Under the pieces are notes generated by a model. The model was not told the origin of the DNA, made no database searches, and worked only from the letters and a program-made list of their open reading frames with translations. Shown here in pieces: positions 50,976 to 64,000 of a DNA stretch of 64,000 nt. The stretch comes from Vicugna vicugna (taxonomy: Eukaryota). Both the position numbers and the translations under genes were made by a program. The stretch covers positions 4,465,050 through 4,529,049 of the forward strand of contig MU058781.1 of the NCBI GenBank assembly GCA_013265495.1, written 5' to 3'. Positions within the stretch are counted from its first letter, which is position 1, and every line of letters begins with the position of its first letter.

Positions 50976-53900
50976 GAATCTGAGCTCTTTCCTTTCAATT
51001 ACTCTGCCTTTGTAGCATCAGCATCCCTTTTTATACATTAACACACACACCTCCAGCCCTTGGTCCAAGTGTCTTTTGATCCACAATCATCCAGTTTGAA
51101 GAGTGGATCCTTTTGGTCTTATCATGGTCACTAAATAAATCATCTTAAGATTCTTAGATAAAAGGCTTTAAAAAAAAAAAACGAAGAAACCAGGTATCCA
51201 CAGCTGCTAATAGATCTTGAGTAAATATTAACACCCCTATCTCTTCCCAGAACACTAAATTAATGTAGTTCACCCACACTCACCAATATCTGCTCCTTCT
51301 CTTTCCACTGCAAGACCTACAGTTCCCAGGGAAGGCAGAGCCACACTGTGAAGTCTAGACAACTCCACGTGGGTCTCAGCAGCTTTCTGCAACACTGAAT
51401 CACAGTGTCACTAGCTACAGATAGTTCTGGCCGGGTCTCCTAATTCAGGTCTGTGATAGTGCCTTTAAATGACAACAACTACTAAATTGTTTCAATTATT
51501 TAAAGAATGTCTACTGCCCCCAGGGCCTCTGGGCATGGGCACAAAATACTGCTCTCAAGAGCAGTCCACTGCCATCCTCTGTAATCAACTAGCTGCTCGT
51601 TATCACACTTTTACCAGTAACGCCAAGTACATCGACAAGGATGAACTATAAGAGACATATGATTCTTGTTCACACTTACATAAAATAGTGACAGTGCTGT
51701 TAGTAATTAGTTACCAGATCCTCAGTTGCTTTGTTCTCTGGCATTAGTAATATGCCACTTGAAGTTTTACACCAAATTAACAATACCCACATTCAACTGT
51801 CTCCAAGCCCCTTGAAAATGTGCTAACCCTCCTCGTAAGCAAAGACGATGTGCCTGATAGTAAGATGTGCGCTCCGCATTGTTTGCTTCCAGACTCGAGT
51901 TAAGAGTGTGCGGTGTATGGCCTGTTTTGGCACAGGACCATAGTGTTCTGGCACTGTTAGCGATTGTCCACAGCTATGAAAGAATATTTCACTATGTGAA
52001 GCTAAGTCACCTGCCTGGGACATAAATTTATTAACGTGTACTCGGTCAAGCCATCAAGCCTAACAAATCAAAGTGAGGGAAAGCAAACTCCAGATACAAC
52101 CGAGGCACTAACTCAGCCAAGACTCGTTCTGGTTCCATGGTCAGCTGGTACACAGAAACGTAACATCAGAATTTTAGGGATTAAATCGTTTTGTAATCAT
52201 TGCTGCTAAGTCCTTTAAATTCAGTTTCTATTTTTCTATTTGTAGAAAGTTAATGACATCTGTTGATACCTAAATTTCTTATGAAGATGAGTGAGTTGGT
52301 AACAGTATGAATCACTTTCAATTTAAAGGAAAAAAAATGCTTTTGAAAGAAAGGAGATTAGTGTCAACCAGAGAGAATCCGAAAGCCAGTATCCAAATTC
52401 TGTTCCCAGAAAGTTGGCATCTACATTGTCAAGAGAAAAAAAAAAACCATCTCTAATTCCCTTTGGAGTAACTATCCCCACCTTTGTCTTATAAACGACT
52501 CTGTAGACAATGTTTATACAATACCTACGGGTTTGTCTGTTTGTTTTCCACGGACACTATAAATCAAATGCTTTCAATTGACACTGTAACTGGAAAATTG
52601 CATCTAAATCTTCTCTCTGCTTAACACAGCTTTATATGATCTGGCTTCATGTCCAAAACCACCTGAAACTCCCAGATCTTTGACTACCCATTTCCAATTG
52701 AAATATGAACATGTCAGTTAGCTATCTGGCTGAGAGAGTACACATTGAATCCAGAAACCCCAGATTTTGCCACAGGATTAAATATTTTATACACTATAAA
52801 TGTAGATTCTAGCATTATACTTAATTTTTTTCTTTCCTATAATCTAATTCAGTCAAACACAGTGTTGTTGGTTTTGATTAGTTAATGGTGCTGTCTTTCA
52901 TGAATGGAAGTTCTGATTCATCAGTAGAAAAGCATGCTCTTGATTTCTTCGCCTAGTAAAGCGAGTTTCTGTTGTTATCATCTGCCATTTCATCGAATTC
53001 CTCTTGCAACCATATAAAAGATGACTGGTTGGACAAAGGGATTCATCTGTTAAATTAGAAGAGAGGGTTTGGGTTTGGTTTTTGTTTTCTTTTTTTTTTT
53101 TTTGCATTAAGTAACATGAAAGAAATTTAAATTCATGATCTTTGATTCTTAATATCATAGTCTAATAAACAGAATTAACCATCACAGATACTATAAGAAT
53201 GTGATCCAACATTTATTGGAGAAATATTACCTTAAGTGTTTGGTTAATTAACGTATTCTAGATTCTAATGTTTTCATTATGTTGGCAAACAGGAAAGAAC
53301 TATAGGACTGGTAACAAATGTTTTGCTCCTGCAAGTAATTATTTCACTTAAAACAAAGTACTCAACTTTTTTTTCCTCTTCCACGATGTGAATTCTTCAG
53401 TCCTTTTGGATAAAAGGCTTAGATGATCTGTTGTCTCTAGCCAGAATGACTGCATATGTTCAATAATATATCAGTTTCATCAGCCGCCATAGAATAGGCA
53501 CATATGACAATAAATCATTTGGGGAACTTCCTGAATCCCAGCCAAGTTGTAGACAATAAAAGATCCTGCTTGTAAAGGCAGCTATAAAAGTTAATTTCAT
53601 ACAGGTTCCCCAGCACACATGCTACGGTTCAGTTCCAAACAGATGTGGTCTTGGAAGAGCAATGGAAGACGGCATGAGGCATTTTCGCTAACTTTCCGTA
53701 TCAAGAGAGTCAAATACTTAGTGTTATGTGTAACTTTTGGTCATTAACACATTGCTCCAGGTAGGAAAAACGAATTCTTCAAGCTTTTCTTTTGTTTAAG
53801 ATCCTGTTGTATCCAGTCTGAACAATTCCTCCACCTTGGAAAGATTATCTATCAAGCCAGACATGCAGAGACAGAGAAAATCCACACAGAGCAAAATAAC

Positions 53901-54869
53901 CACGGCAACAGCAGACATCTGGGGCTGCATTCTGAACGAATCTCTTGAAACAAGAACTTTTACTCATGTCCTTGTTTGCTTTCGCCTGTAGATGCCCTGG
54001 CAGATCGCTGCAGGGACAGCAAGCTACTCCACTCAGCCATGGAGTTGACAGGAAGAAGAGATGTAAAGGAGAGGGAAAGGCTGGACGAGGACACGGAAGC
54101 CCAGTTGCAGGAAGTGACTGCAAATGTCAAAGACTGCACTTGGTCCTGGCTCCTAGTGCAAAGGCCACTGGGGACTCTTTCCCTACTCCTGCCAAAGACC
54201 GCTGCTCACCCTCAGTCATTGCTAAGATTCCCCACGACACTAGGTTTAAAATCATGTTTCTCCTGATTTTAAGCAATAGTTGGAATTCTGAGACGTTGCA
54301 TGCTTGTCTGACTTTTTATAATTTGATCCATTTTCCATACGGGTCTCTGTAGCACGGCTCCCTATTCATAGTTCTTTGGAATTTATTTGCAACAATAATA
54401 GTCAATCCTTTGGTTTAGCTTTTGCTGGAAAGAGGATTTTCAAAATGTGGGCAAGACAGACCCTCTCCACAAAAGCCCTGCTGAGCTTGAGAGTACGGCG
54501 GACGCTTGGAGTCCAAGAAACCGTAGAACAATTAAGTGCTGAGGGCTGAATAAGGATGCCATTAACGTATTAATCACATACCTGAAATTAATTAAGGCCA
54601 ACCTAGGGATTAAGGTGCTCCAAGCCAAAAAAGGAAAAAAGTGGACTGATGATGTTATGTGGTGGATAGTTACGCAATCGCATCTTACAGCAGCAGATTG
54701 CTTTAAAATTGCAAATGATACTTTCCATCCATTAGTTCATATAAAGTCAGGCCAACCTCATAAATTTGTGAGGGAATTCTTATTTTGAGGGTTTGAGGAA
54801 ACAGGCTCAGTGACATTAGGTGACAATCCCAAAAAGGAAAAGAAGACAAAGGCCACAATCCCAGGCACG

Positions 54870-55095
54870 TAGCCTAGAAAGGGCTGTGGACTAAGAGCTC
54901 TAACGTGACTCAGGGGTACCACGCACACTGTATTCCAGCTGTGCTCCACAGAAGACAGGAGTTCTATCAGCTCAGCCATTGACCAGCCCTAGTCCTGGCA
55001 AGTCACTTTAATTCTTGGGCCTCCCTTTTCTCACCTTTAAAAGAGAGGAGGGTGGACCAGACAATGAACCCAAGATTCCCTTCAGAGTTGACCTT
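54870..55095 (+). mobile_element. MIR3-like fragment
   Basis: ctggcaagtcactttaattcttgggcctcccttttctcacctttaaaagagaggagggtggaccagac. Confidence 0.55.
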
Positions 55096-57661
55096 CTACA
55101 TGTGTCCCCTGGGTGCAGGTGGCAGAGATGAACTGTTATTGGCAAAAGACACTAGGACCCGTGCTTCTGGAGCCTTCAGTCAATGGTACCCCTGCCCCTT
55201 TGCCATGTTTTATTACAAGAGTTTTGCATTTTCAAGTACTAGGTACAAATGTGTCAAAACATGGGTGGCGTGACCTCAAAGCCAGAGGATATTACCCACT
55301 CTTATACCAGAGTGAGAGAGCAGAAGCCAACGCAGCAAGTCAGGGAGCAGAGATGCAAAACTAGGTCAGTCTCACTAGCCCCTGCACAACTTTCAGGTGG
55401 TTTCACCTGGGGTTGATTCTGTTTAGCGGTTGGTTTTCTTGGAACTAAGAACAAATGGTTTTGTTTCACCAAGCAGGTCAGAAACCGAATACCTGGACTA
55501 TGACTAGCTTGATCCCAAGCCAATTGTGGTGTCTCTCTCGAGATTCATACAACCTCCACTTTCAACCAAATGGGCTAGTGCCACCAGCAGGAATGGACCC
55601 CACATCCAGTGCTATCTCTTTAGCATCCTCCCCTTCTCCCCAGCTCCCGCCATTCTGCAATTCAGAACACAGCAGGTCTTTGCTGGCAGTCTACCAGTGG
55701 AGTATTAAAGGTCCCAACGTTTAAACTGTAATCTGTGGCATTCAGTAGAAGTAGGACTGGCTTGATGTCCAGGCTCTACAATGAGAATGATGCCTTCATT
55801 CAGCAATCCCATGAAAACCATACTCCTCCGTCTAAAATAACTAGAACATCCACAGCTCAAAGAAATTATTCTCTATCATGGTCTCTTGTCATCAGAACAG
55901 ATTCATTTACAAAAATAACAGAGCTGATTTCATTTTATTTGATTTAATGGGTCAGGTCTTTGGGGAAAAACTGGGTGTTCTATAAGGTAATAAATCATAC
56001 TTTAGTGTCAGAAAGAGTTCTCATCTGGTTCCCAGGGCATAGTGGGATATGGATCTTTGGGTTTTAGTCCATATTACTTCCTAGAAAGTGTGGGCTACAA
56101 AGGAACTCTTCCCTGTGTAGTCCAGTGTTTGATTACATCTCTTTCAGCTCACAGAGGACATACTAAACCAAGACAGGGTGGTTTTAAACAAACTCCACCC
56201 TCAAATGCCACGTAGCATCCCCACAGAGCAACCTGCCAAGGGAGAAATCCAGCAGCGGGCTTCCTATTTGATAGATAAAGAACCTCATATAGAAAAGAGA
56301 TGAGTCATTTGTCCAGATCACATTTGTCCAGAGAAATACTCATGGCTTTTTAACTTCAGGCTTTCTACCTCTGTACCACCTCCTCTGGGTGACAGCTATA
56401 AGAACCAAAAGAAGGGCCCTTTGCATTGATCATAGATTTCCTTTCATCTTGGAATTACTCTGTAGATAACATAATAATGCCCTGGGCACCTCCTCCCAAT
56501 AAATGAACCTAGATAACATGATAATCCAATTTCAAACACTGCCATCCAGATACAAGACTTCAGGTTGGTTTCTCATTGAAGGAGAAGGAAAAAGTCACAC
56601 ACAGGCACTGTTAGCCAGGAATCTTCCCTCACACTTTCACCATCACTAGGAAGAAATTTTTTTTTCCATTTCAGTTATAAAATGTATTTTACTACCAAAA
56701 CAACTACATAAGTCTTATACCTTAAGAAAGAAAATGAACCATGAAAACATCTAAAGACAATTTCAAATAATTTAGAAAACTTGTGCTATATCAAAAGGAG
56801 CCTAGGTTGAGATTTTTAGGGCCCCAATTTAACCATTACAGGAAATTTTTTAGTTTTACACAATTAGTAGTTGAGCTTCAAAACACTCAAATTGATATCA
56901 GGCCACTCAAAGTTATTTAAAAGTAAACTGGCAATTAATAATAACAGTCATAATGAAATCTAGCATCAGTACCATGCATGAGAATTGATCAACTGCTTTC
57001 ACACCTAGCACATTTCATCCCCACCACCTCTCTAAACTGGCTACTATTATCTTCCTTTCGTAAATTAACACTGTAGCCAAAAAAGCTCAAATATGGGATT
57101 CATACCCAAGTGTTCTAAATCAAAATCTAAAGCTCCTTTCATTTTAGCCCAAATAAATCTCAGCAGTGCCAGGTCAATTCACAATACATATTGGGAAATT
57201 ATAGGTTGAATAAAGAGTAATTCTTCATTTTTGAAATTGTACATGCACTAATTTTTAAATGGGTAAAACACTATCATAAAAACAAGAGGATTAAGTACTG
57301 AACATGACGTATTCAGCAGTTCTCCTTAAGCTATAACACTTTGCATAATGTCTTGCCCATTTGTAATGTTTTCCCAACTACCGACCAAAATTACTTCAGT
57401 TCTCTGGGGCAAAAATGTTTTGGCTCTCCCAACAGTTGCATCTCTCCTGCATCCCGTAGGGTGTTTCATCATCTCACTCCATCGCCATCTCTAATATGCC
57501 TATAGAGGAGGAAACTTCAGGGTCTGGGTAGAGCTCTATACCGTCAACATTTATAGGGTTACAGGTGGTTGGCAAATACGATTCAGCAACTGCTGATTCT
57601 GTTCCCTGTAACCTCCTTGCAAAAAGGAAGGGAAGCCTCTTAGGGAAAATTTAGCTTAGGT

Positions 57662-58020
57662 ACTATATATCAGAGGCTGATTATCCACGAATATTCATTC
57701 TCCCCATTTTTAATAATGGAACGTCTAAGTTGTACCCTCAGCTAGAGACTACATTTCCCATCTTCCCCTGCAGCTTGGTGTGGGCAAGTGATCAAATCAT
57801 AGCCAATGGGAACTGAGCAGAAGGGTAAGTGTCTCTTCCAGGTCACCCTCCTAGCTGTGTTCCTCCCTCCTGCTGACTGCAGCTGTAGCTGCTGCCTTGC
57901 CTCCAGCCTCAGCTTGCTGACCTCTGGACTGTAACAAAAGAGGAAAAGAAATTTCGATCCTATTTACATCAGTGTATTTTGGGATCTTTCTGTTTTAATA
58001 CACAGCCTGTGCCCTAACAT
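57662..58020 (+). mobile_element. Old MaLR LTR (MLT1I/J-like)
   Basis: agactacatttcccatcttcccctgcagcttggtgtgggcaagtgatc...agccaatggg...cctctggactgt...tgccctaaca. Confidence 0.65.
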
Positions 58021-61000
58021 TATCCATTACAGGGGCTCAGGACCTTCATCTTACCAGACTTCGCAGTGCATACACCCAAACTGTGATCTACTTGGGTCTC
58101 CTGTTCAAGTGAGCTTTCAGTTTTACATCAATCGACTTACTCATCGTCAACTTACTGATCAGTTACTATTTCTGAGCATGTGCTCTATTCAAAGCATTCT
58201 GCTTGGTACCACATACACAAATGATGTTATCCAGCCTTCAAGCAGTTTAGCATCTGGACACAAAGACCCAACAGACACAAATATTCCACAAGCTGTGCTG
58301 TGCGCTGATGTTCTCCACACAGGTGGCACCAACAGTGTGCGGAGAGCCCTGCTTCTTCCACCTGCACTAGTCATGCTCTTCTTGGCCTGAGGGGCCTCCC
58401 AATTTGAAATGAGTGTGGTATGTGAATCCAGATCACTTCATTTTCCTCCACCTCAAATTCTCCAATTATGAAACAGTCCCAGCGTGACTATCCACGTCCT
58501 CATCCCTTTGACTTTACGACGTGGGCTTCCCGACAGCTCCAATATGCCTTCTCTCTGTCCTAAGGCACGTGGAAGTGGGCCTGGGCCATTGCATACTTCG
58601 TCTCTAAGTCATGCACTATTAATGCTGGAGATCATCGCTCGGCACCTCCTATCCTGCCACCCAAACAGCACTGCTGTATTGGCCACTGAGTTATCTCCTG
58701 CTGAACGACTGCTTTCCAGGAGCCAGAGAACAGTGGCTGTGCAAACTGGCCTGGACGCCTAGGCATGAAGGCCAGCAAAGGAAAAGATAAACAGGCCTGA
58801 ACAAATTCAGGAGACGGACTGACGAAATGAGGAGGCTATGATGGACTCTCACGATGAGATATTGGTGAGTGAAGCTAGAGCTGTTTTTAAACTAATCAGA
58901 TATTTCTGTTGTTCACGGAAGTCAAGGATAACAACTGCTCACAATATTGATCAACATTAACACACACACACTCATACACACACATGAAATGAAGTTTCAT
59001 CTATGGCTTTGGATTAATTACACCTCCCTGCTGCTTACATGGGGGAACTGAAATGATTCCTACATGTTAAGTGAATTTGGGAGCAACCTCTGTCAAGCTA
59101 TGAGGGGAACCATTTATAACACAGAGAAGAGAGAATTTGTTTTGTGTTAAAAGAGCTGCTTGACCACTTGCTACAAGTCTAACTTATCAAGCACCACCAG
59201 CATTTTCATGTGTAAAAATGGGACGGCAAGGCAGGGTTTCTCTGAAGGTTACCGATCAATGAAAGAGCCTAGCACACTGCCTGACCCAGAGCAATTAATC
59301 ATTAGGTTTAACTCAATCAGAAATGGGCATTCAAAAAATGCTAGCATTTGTTCTAAAATGAAAGGAAGAAACTTGAGTGTCACGGAGGGAAGGCTGCAGG
59401 GAGACGGTAACATAAAAACTAAGAAACTGATCTGTGGGAGGAAACCAACATCCTCTGAAAAGGAAAGAGTTCAGAAAACATGAGAAAACTGGCAAAGACA
59501 CAGCATGAAGTGACAGAGAAATGCGTAGGAATGCTCTGAGACCAGAGGGGATCTCCAAGGACATGCACCCAGGGAAGGACAAGCATGCTTCACTCAAACT
59601 GTTCTCCGCACAGGACGCCGGAGCAGCCTGACCCCGACAGAGACTGGATCGGGATGATTTTCAACCACGCATGAGGGAGGGGCCATGTGGAATGTCCCCT
59701 GTGGTCAACGTTGAAACGAAGCAAAAGGAAAACCTATAAAGGGAACCGGGGAAAGAGAGAGAAAAGCCTGAGTTAAATGACATTAAAAATAATATAAGAT
59801 TCTATATTCCTGTAATTTGCCAAATATTTGTAGAGTTGACCCCAGGAGACTTCTGTATGTTGTGGTAAATCACTTTGGACACTGACTGAACATGTGTGGT
59901 GTTTCAGAGATGCCAGCTTTCATGAGGGTTGCTGGGGACTGTAACCTAGACTATATGAGAGAAAGGAACAGTAATTCCAAGGGCATGGAGGGTGGGGGGC
60001 ACTATGGGATGACTCCATGTCTCACCCCTTCTCCAGTGATGCTCCAGATTCTGCTCTCCGGGGAACCCTGGGCCTATGATATGACTTGACTTGACTTTTA
60101 CATTTTAAATCCCTTTTTCTAACAGAATAAAAGACTGGGCTATCCAGATTTCACCAGTCCCGCCCTCAACCATATACAGCAGGCAGGTTGTGGCAAAAAC
60201 ATCCACCACTAGCCGGTGGGTAAATAGCCCACAGAACAGAGGAGTGACTCCCCCAAGGGCCTCGAGAGTTCCTGACAAACAGAGGAAGAGAGGGAAGAAA
60301 ATCCTTCCCCGAACCCCTGAATTCAAGGTCACGACCACGTCCACCATAAGGTATGATTCTACTTTGCTTTCTCTCAAGAAGCAGGTGCAAATCGTACACC
60401 ATCAATCCCGCAGCGTCCAGCCTGTGAACAGAGCTGGAGGCACCTTCTCCACACCCATGCCACCTTGGGGACACACGAGCAAGGAAACTCTCAGCACGTG
60501 AAGCATGATGAATGGTCTCCCTACCAGCCGGTCTCCAACTGGACACGCCCACCCCCCCTTTCATGTGCCTCCAATCCTGCCCCCAACCCAGCCTCCCACA
60601 CCCCATTCTCACCAAGCCTGTCCTTAAATCCCACATCCCACGGAGGAGAAGAGACGAGGGAAGACAGCACTGCAGCCAACAACCTAAAACAAACCCAGAC
60701 GGAACCACAATCTGACCCCCGAGGGTGGCCAGAGGGCTCTTTCTCTATATTCCCATCAGACAGCTCCCAGCTCCAAGGCAGTAAGAGGGCCAGTTGCTGC
60801 AGACAAACCTCACTGCTCGGCTTCAGCAGGACTGGAAGACCTCAGTGCGCCCTTGCTTCTCTGGACCCTCAGGACGCTCAGAGGTGCTTATTTTCCTTTG
60901 CTGAACCTCCCTTTTTGCCACCAGGCCAGTGTGAAATCTGGAAATCTGTGCTCAGCACAAGACAAAGCAGAGGGGAAGAAGCCAGCACAGAATGTTTTCT

Positions 61001-62504
61001 CCGGCATGCTGCCTGGGGAGTCAGGCCTTGACTTTGACATGTGCTGGAGGTGTGGTGTCCAAAGTAAATCTTTGAACTATTTTTTTGGAACCTCCAAAAA
61101 GACCCTGCACATCAAAGGGGGATCTGATCCCTGCTCCGTGCTTTGCAGGCATGGTTAAGCATTTTGCATGAATCAACTACCTTCTGAAAAAGAAAGGAAG
61201 CCCAAACTCAAAGCACATTGCCAGCCCTTGGACCCAAACATGGCCCCGAGCACATGCTCACCACATGGCTTCTCCCGCTGGCTCAGTGGAATCAAACCCT
61301 ACTGACACACCCCAGGGTCCTCTACCGCACAGCAGTCATCACAGGGCCGCTCTCTGCAGCCTCCCGGTTCAGGATACAATGGGGCCACTTGTCAGAGCAG
61401 CCTCATGGCCCTCGCCCATGACCACCTCGAGGGAGCCCGCGTGAGCTTGGACTCCAGTCATGAGGGCAGCCCGGCTGGGCCGCCACACCCCAAACACCAG
61501 CACAGGATGCAGTCTGGGGCTGAATAGGGAGTCCTGTGTGAGCTCTTTGGCCCCATGCCCAGAAAGCCACATCTTCTGCCGGTACCAGCACTGGTGGGCA
61601 CAGCAGAGAATTCCAGTCCCTGAAAGGACGCGAAACAGGAAGCAGATCCTGAGTCTTGAGATTCTTCCGCCTTCTGCCCTCGTGGAATTAATTCAGTTCA
61701 CCACAGGCAGCTGTGGCAATCAGCGGCAGATGAGATGAAACTCAGAGGCCACAGTTGCCCCAGCAGCTCCTGGAAATTGATGACATTTTCTTCTCGACCA
61801 GCCCAAGGAGGAAAGCATTTTCAGGCCCTTACCTACCAGCTGTGCCATCCACAGACCCACAGCTGGAGCCATCATTTGAGGGCAGCAGAGAGTGGCCCTA
61901 GGAGGCCACTTGTACCCTCTACGTCCCCTGACAACTCCAACTCACCAACAGCTTTCGAAGCGCTGGGAAGATCTCCAACCTTATGATTTCACGGGAGGCG
62001 TAGGAAACAGTTTTTGAGACAAGGTATTTTCATTCCTGGCAACTGTCTTTTTTAAAGTCATTTTCTCTGGTAAGCAGGTTCTAGGTTCAGGAAAAGGGAA
62101 AAAAAAGGTTTAAAACTGCTAATGCAACCTGACTGGTAAGAGTTTTAATTAGCAGTTCAAAAACTGCCCACAATCTGTGTTTTTAATTAATAGGCACAAT
62201 TTCTGTTGAGTTCTACTTCAATAGGAGCTATATAAAACCAGTGAGTGGGTGACATTATTCCATTCAAAAAAGAACTATAAGAAGGGGGAAAAAAGCTGAA
62301 TTAGGAGGAACAGAGAAGACACGTGAACTTTCTCTGGGCTATACTGTTATAAATAAACGTTACCTAACACCTTTTGCTGGAAGCCCTTCACCCCATGACC
62401 AATCAATCCCTTGAACCATTTTAACACCTTGACATTCTGACCCTTGAGTCCAGACACTAGGGATCCCAGCCTGATACCCTCATTCAGAAAAGACTGACGA
62501 GCAT

Positions 62505-63560
62505 GCTGTGCGCCCAGCACTAGGCAGGTACCAAGGATGCTGCGATGAAAGAGCTGGTCCCCACCATCCAAGGAGCTCATAGTCTTATAGAAAATTATCA
62601 AATAAGAAAAAAATGTTATACTACTACACTATAAGCATCCGATCACAAAAATGCCGTCGTTTCATTCTTGTGTTCTCATGATCCAGGCAGGGTCTAAACA
62701 GAGTTCGCAATTATAAAATGTTTGTTGAATAAGCACAGGGTGAACAACAGGCGTTCCACATGTACATCAGTGGCACAAAAGAGCAATGATCAACTCTGCT
62801 TGGGTGGGGTTCACCCAGAGGACAGTTACCTGGTGCCTAGAAGCAAGGCCATACCAGGAGTTCTCCATGTTCTAATTGCTCAGAACCCAAGCAGACTAAT
62901 TGTTAAGTATTTTTATTATGATTCGTAAGGAGAGAGATGAAACCCTGAAGCTGAGTCTTAAAGACCAAACAGAATTTTCCCAAACAGAAAAACCGGGAAG
63001 GGCTTTCCGGACAGAAGGAGCAAGACCGACAAAGGCAAAGAAACCTGAAACATACCAAACAAGTTGCAGAGTGCTGAGGAGGGAGGCTGGGCTGACACAT
63101 GGGAGCCGGATCCTGCGGCGCCTCAAATACCACGCAAAGGCACGCAGCCCTCATCATAAGTCTTCAGTCAGAAAGAGACCTGACTGAACCACTTTGATGA
63201 GTAAATAGACAGACCCAAGAAGAGACAGGGCCAAGAAAAGACACGTTCAAAGGGTTTGGAGATGGGCAAGCAGAAAGACGTGAGGGGTTGGAACTAAGGC
63301 ACTGGCTGTGGGTGAGAAGGGATGCGTGACTAATGGGGATGTTGGGAGGCAGGCTACCTGCAGACAAAGCTTAGACAACAAAGGATGAGAGAACAAGTTT
63401 AAATGGCGTGCATCTTTCTGGTTTGGGTAACTGGAGAGATGGTGGTTCCACTAAGATGACAGGACACAAAGGAGCCCGGGAAGGCGGGGGCAAGGAAATG
63501 ATGAATTTCACATGGTGAATTTTCCTTTTGCCATGACAGATGGAGTGATCCAGAGTGGGT
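62505..63560 (-). mobile_element. L2 fragments
   Basis: tgtgcgcccagcactaggc...ccaaggagctcatagtct; gctgagtcttaaag...gggaagggctttccggacagaagg; tttctggtttgggtaactggagagatggtggttccac. Confidence 0.6.
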
Positions 63561-64000
63561 CCTAGAGTTCTAACACTCAGGCAGGAAATCTGTCCTAAAG
63601 AGTTGGATTTCTACTGGTCTGGGATTTGCACGAGGTTTTCTTCCATAGTCTGATGCAATCACACAGCCATACACACCCTCCAAAAATTTCCGGGTGTGTC
63701 ATCTCTCTGGTAAGAACATTTCCACGTTTGAGGAAAACCTGATGCTAATTCAGAAGATGCCACGGAAAGCAGTGCACAATTAGAAAGTGGCTATGACACT
63801 GATGAGTTAGTTCTGACAAAGCAGACTCCAGCAAGACTTCCAAATAGGGAGAAATGTTCAAGCTTCATTTCTCATATGTGTTCCAAAGAGCTCAGAAAGA
63901 AGCCCCAGTGCTCTCAGTAACCTCAAGGAACCTCTTCTCCCTTTAAAGAAGAAAAGGAATAATGATTTAAAAGAGAAACCTTCTTAGCTCACATCATCAA

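Noticed and set aside
53976..54266. ORF with a coiled-coil-looking stretch (RRDVKERERLDEDTEAQLQEVTA) after a plus-strand AG
   Set aside because: No recognisable homology, no convincing donor and no other plus-strand exons; purine-rich DNA accounts for it
60166..61031. Overlapping 180-188-aa ORFs on both strands
   Set aside because: Mutually overlapping, non-ATG starts, Pro/Ser/Gly-rich, no domain signal
62570..62585. AAGGAGCTCATAGTCT, resembling miR-28/151/708-family 5p sequence
   Set aside because: This is the ordinary L2 3' segment from which those miRNAs derive; there is no adjacent inverted L2 copy to form a hairpin
62900..63187. Basic, protein-looking 95-aa ORF
   Set aside because: It lies on the antisense strand of a decayed L2; purine-rich composition explains the K/R/E content
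1..64000. Prokaryote-type systems (CRISPR arrays, operons, defence islands), tRNA/rRNA genes, intact ERV or L1 ORFs
   Set aside because: No regularly spaced repeat-spacer arrays, no dense long ORFs and no tRNA/rRNA signatures seen; the sequence is mammalian non-coding DNA with only solo LTRs and truncated LINEs

Overview
Eukaryotic (placental mammal) genomic DNA, not prokaryotic. It looks like 64 kb of intron or 5'-regulatory territory. Much of it is old eutherian repeats (L1M 3' ends, L2, MIR, MLT1 MaLR LTRs, MER21-, MER87- and LTR33-like LTRs, MER2/MER5A/MER20/MER53/MER58 DNA-transposon relics). I saw no young lineage-specific SINE. I recognise no complete protein-coding gene, tRNA, rRNA, CRISPR array or known miRNA hairpin, and almost all ORFs in the track look incidental. 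A few splice-site-bounded segments on the minus strand (45291-45319, 42405-42441, 30763-31038, 7595-7968) and a CpG-enriched promoter-like region at about 6100-6700 suggest 5' exons of a minus-strand gene or lncRNA whose body lies left of the window; I cannot name it. Most notable observations: (1) a 76/77-bp tandem duplication in that promoter whose junction creates a TATA box on both strands; (2) a reading frame that stays open for about 192 codons across two candidate exons, with a faint by-eye resemblance to a Gypsy integrase core; (3) a MER53 with perfect 33-bp inverted arms; (4) a sense-oriented MER21-like LTR that could act as an alternative promoter. I found no convincing new biological system. 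Repeat family names come from recalled consensus sequences and repeat boundaries are approximate.
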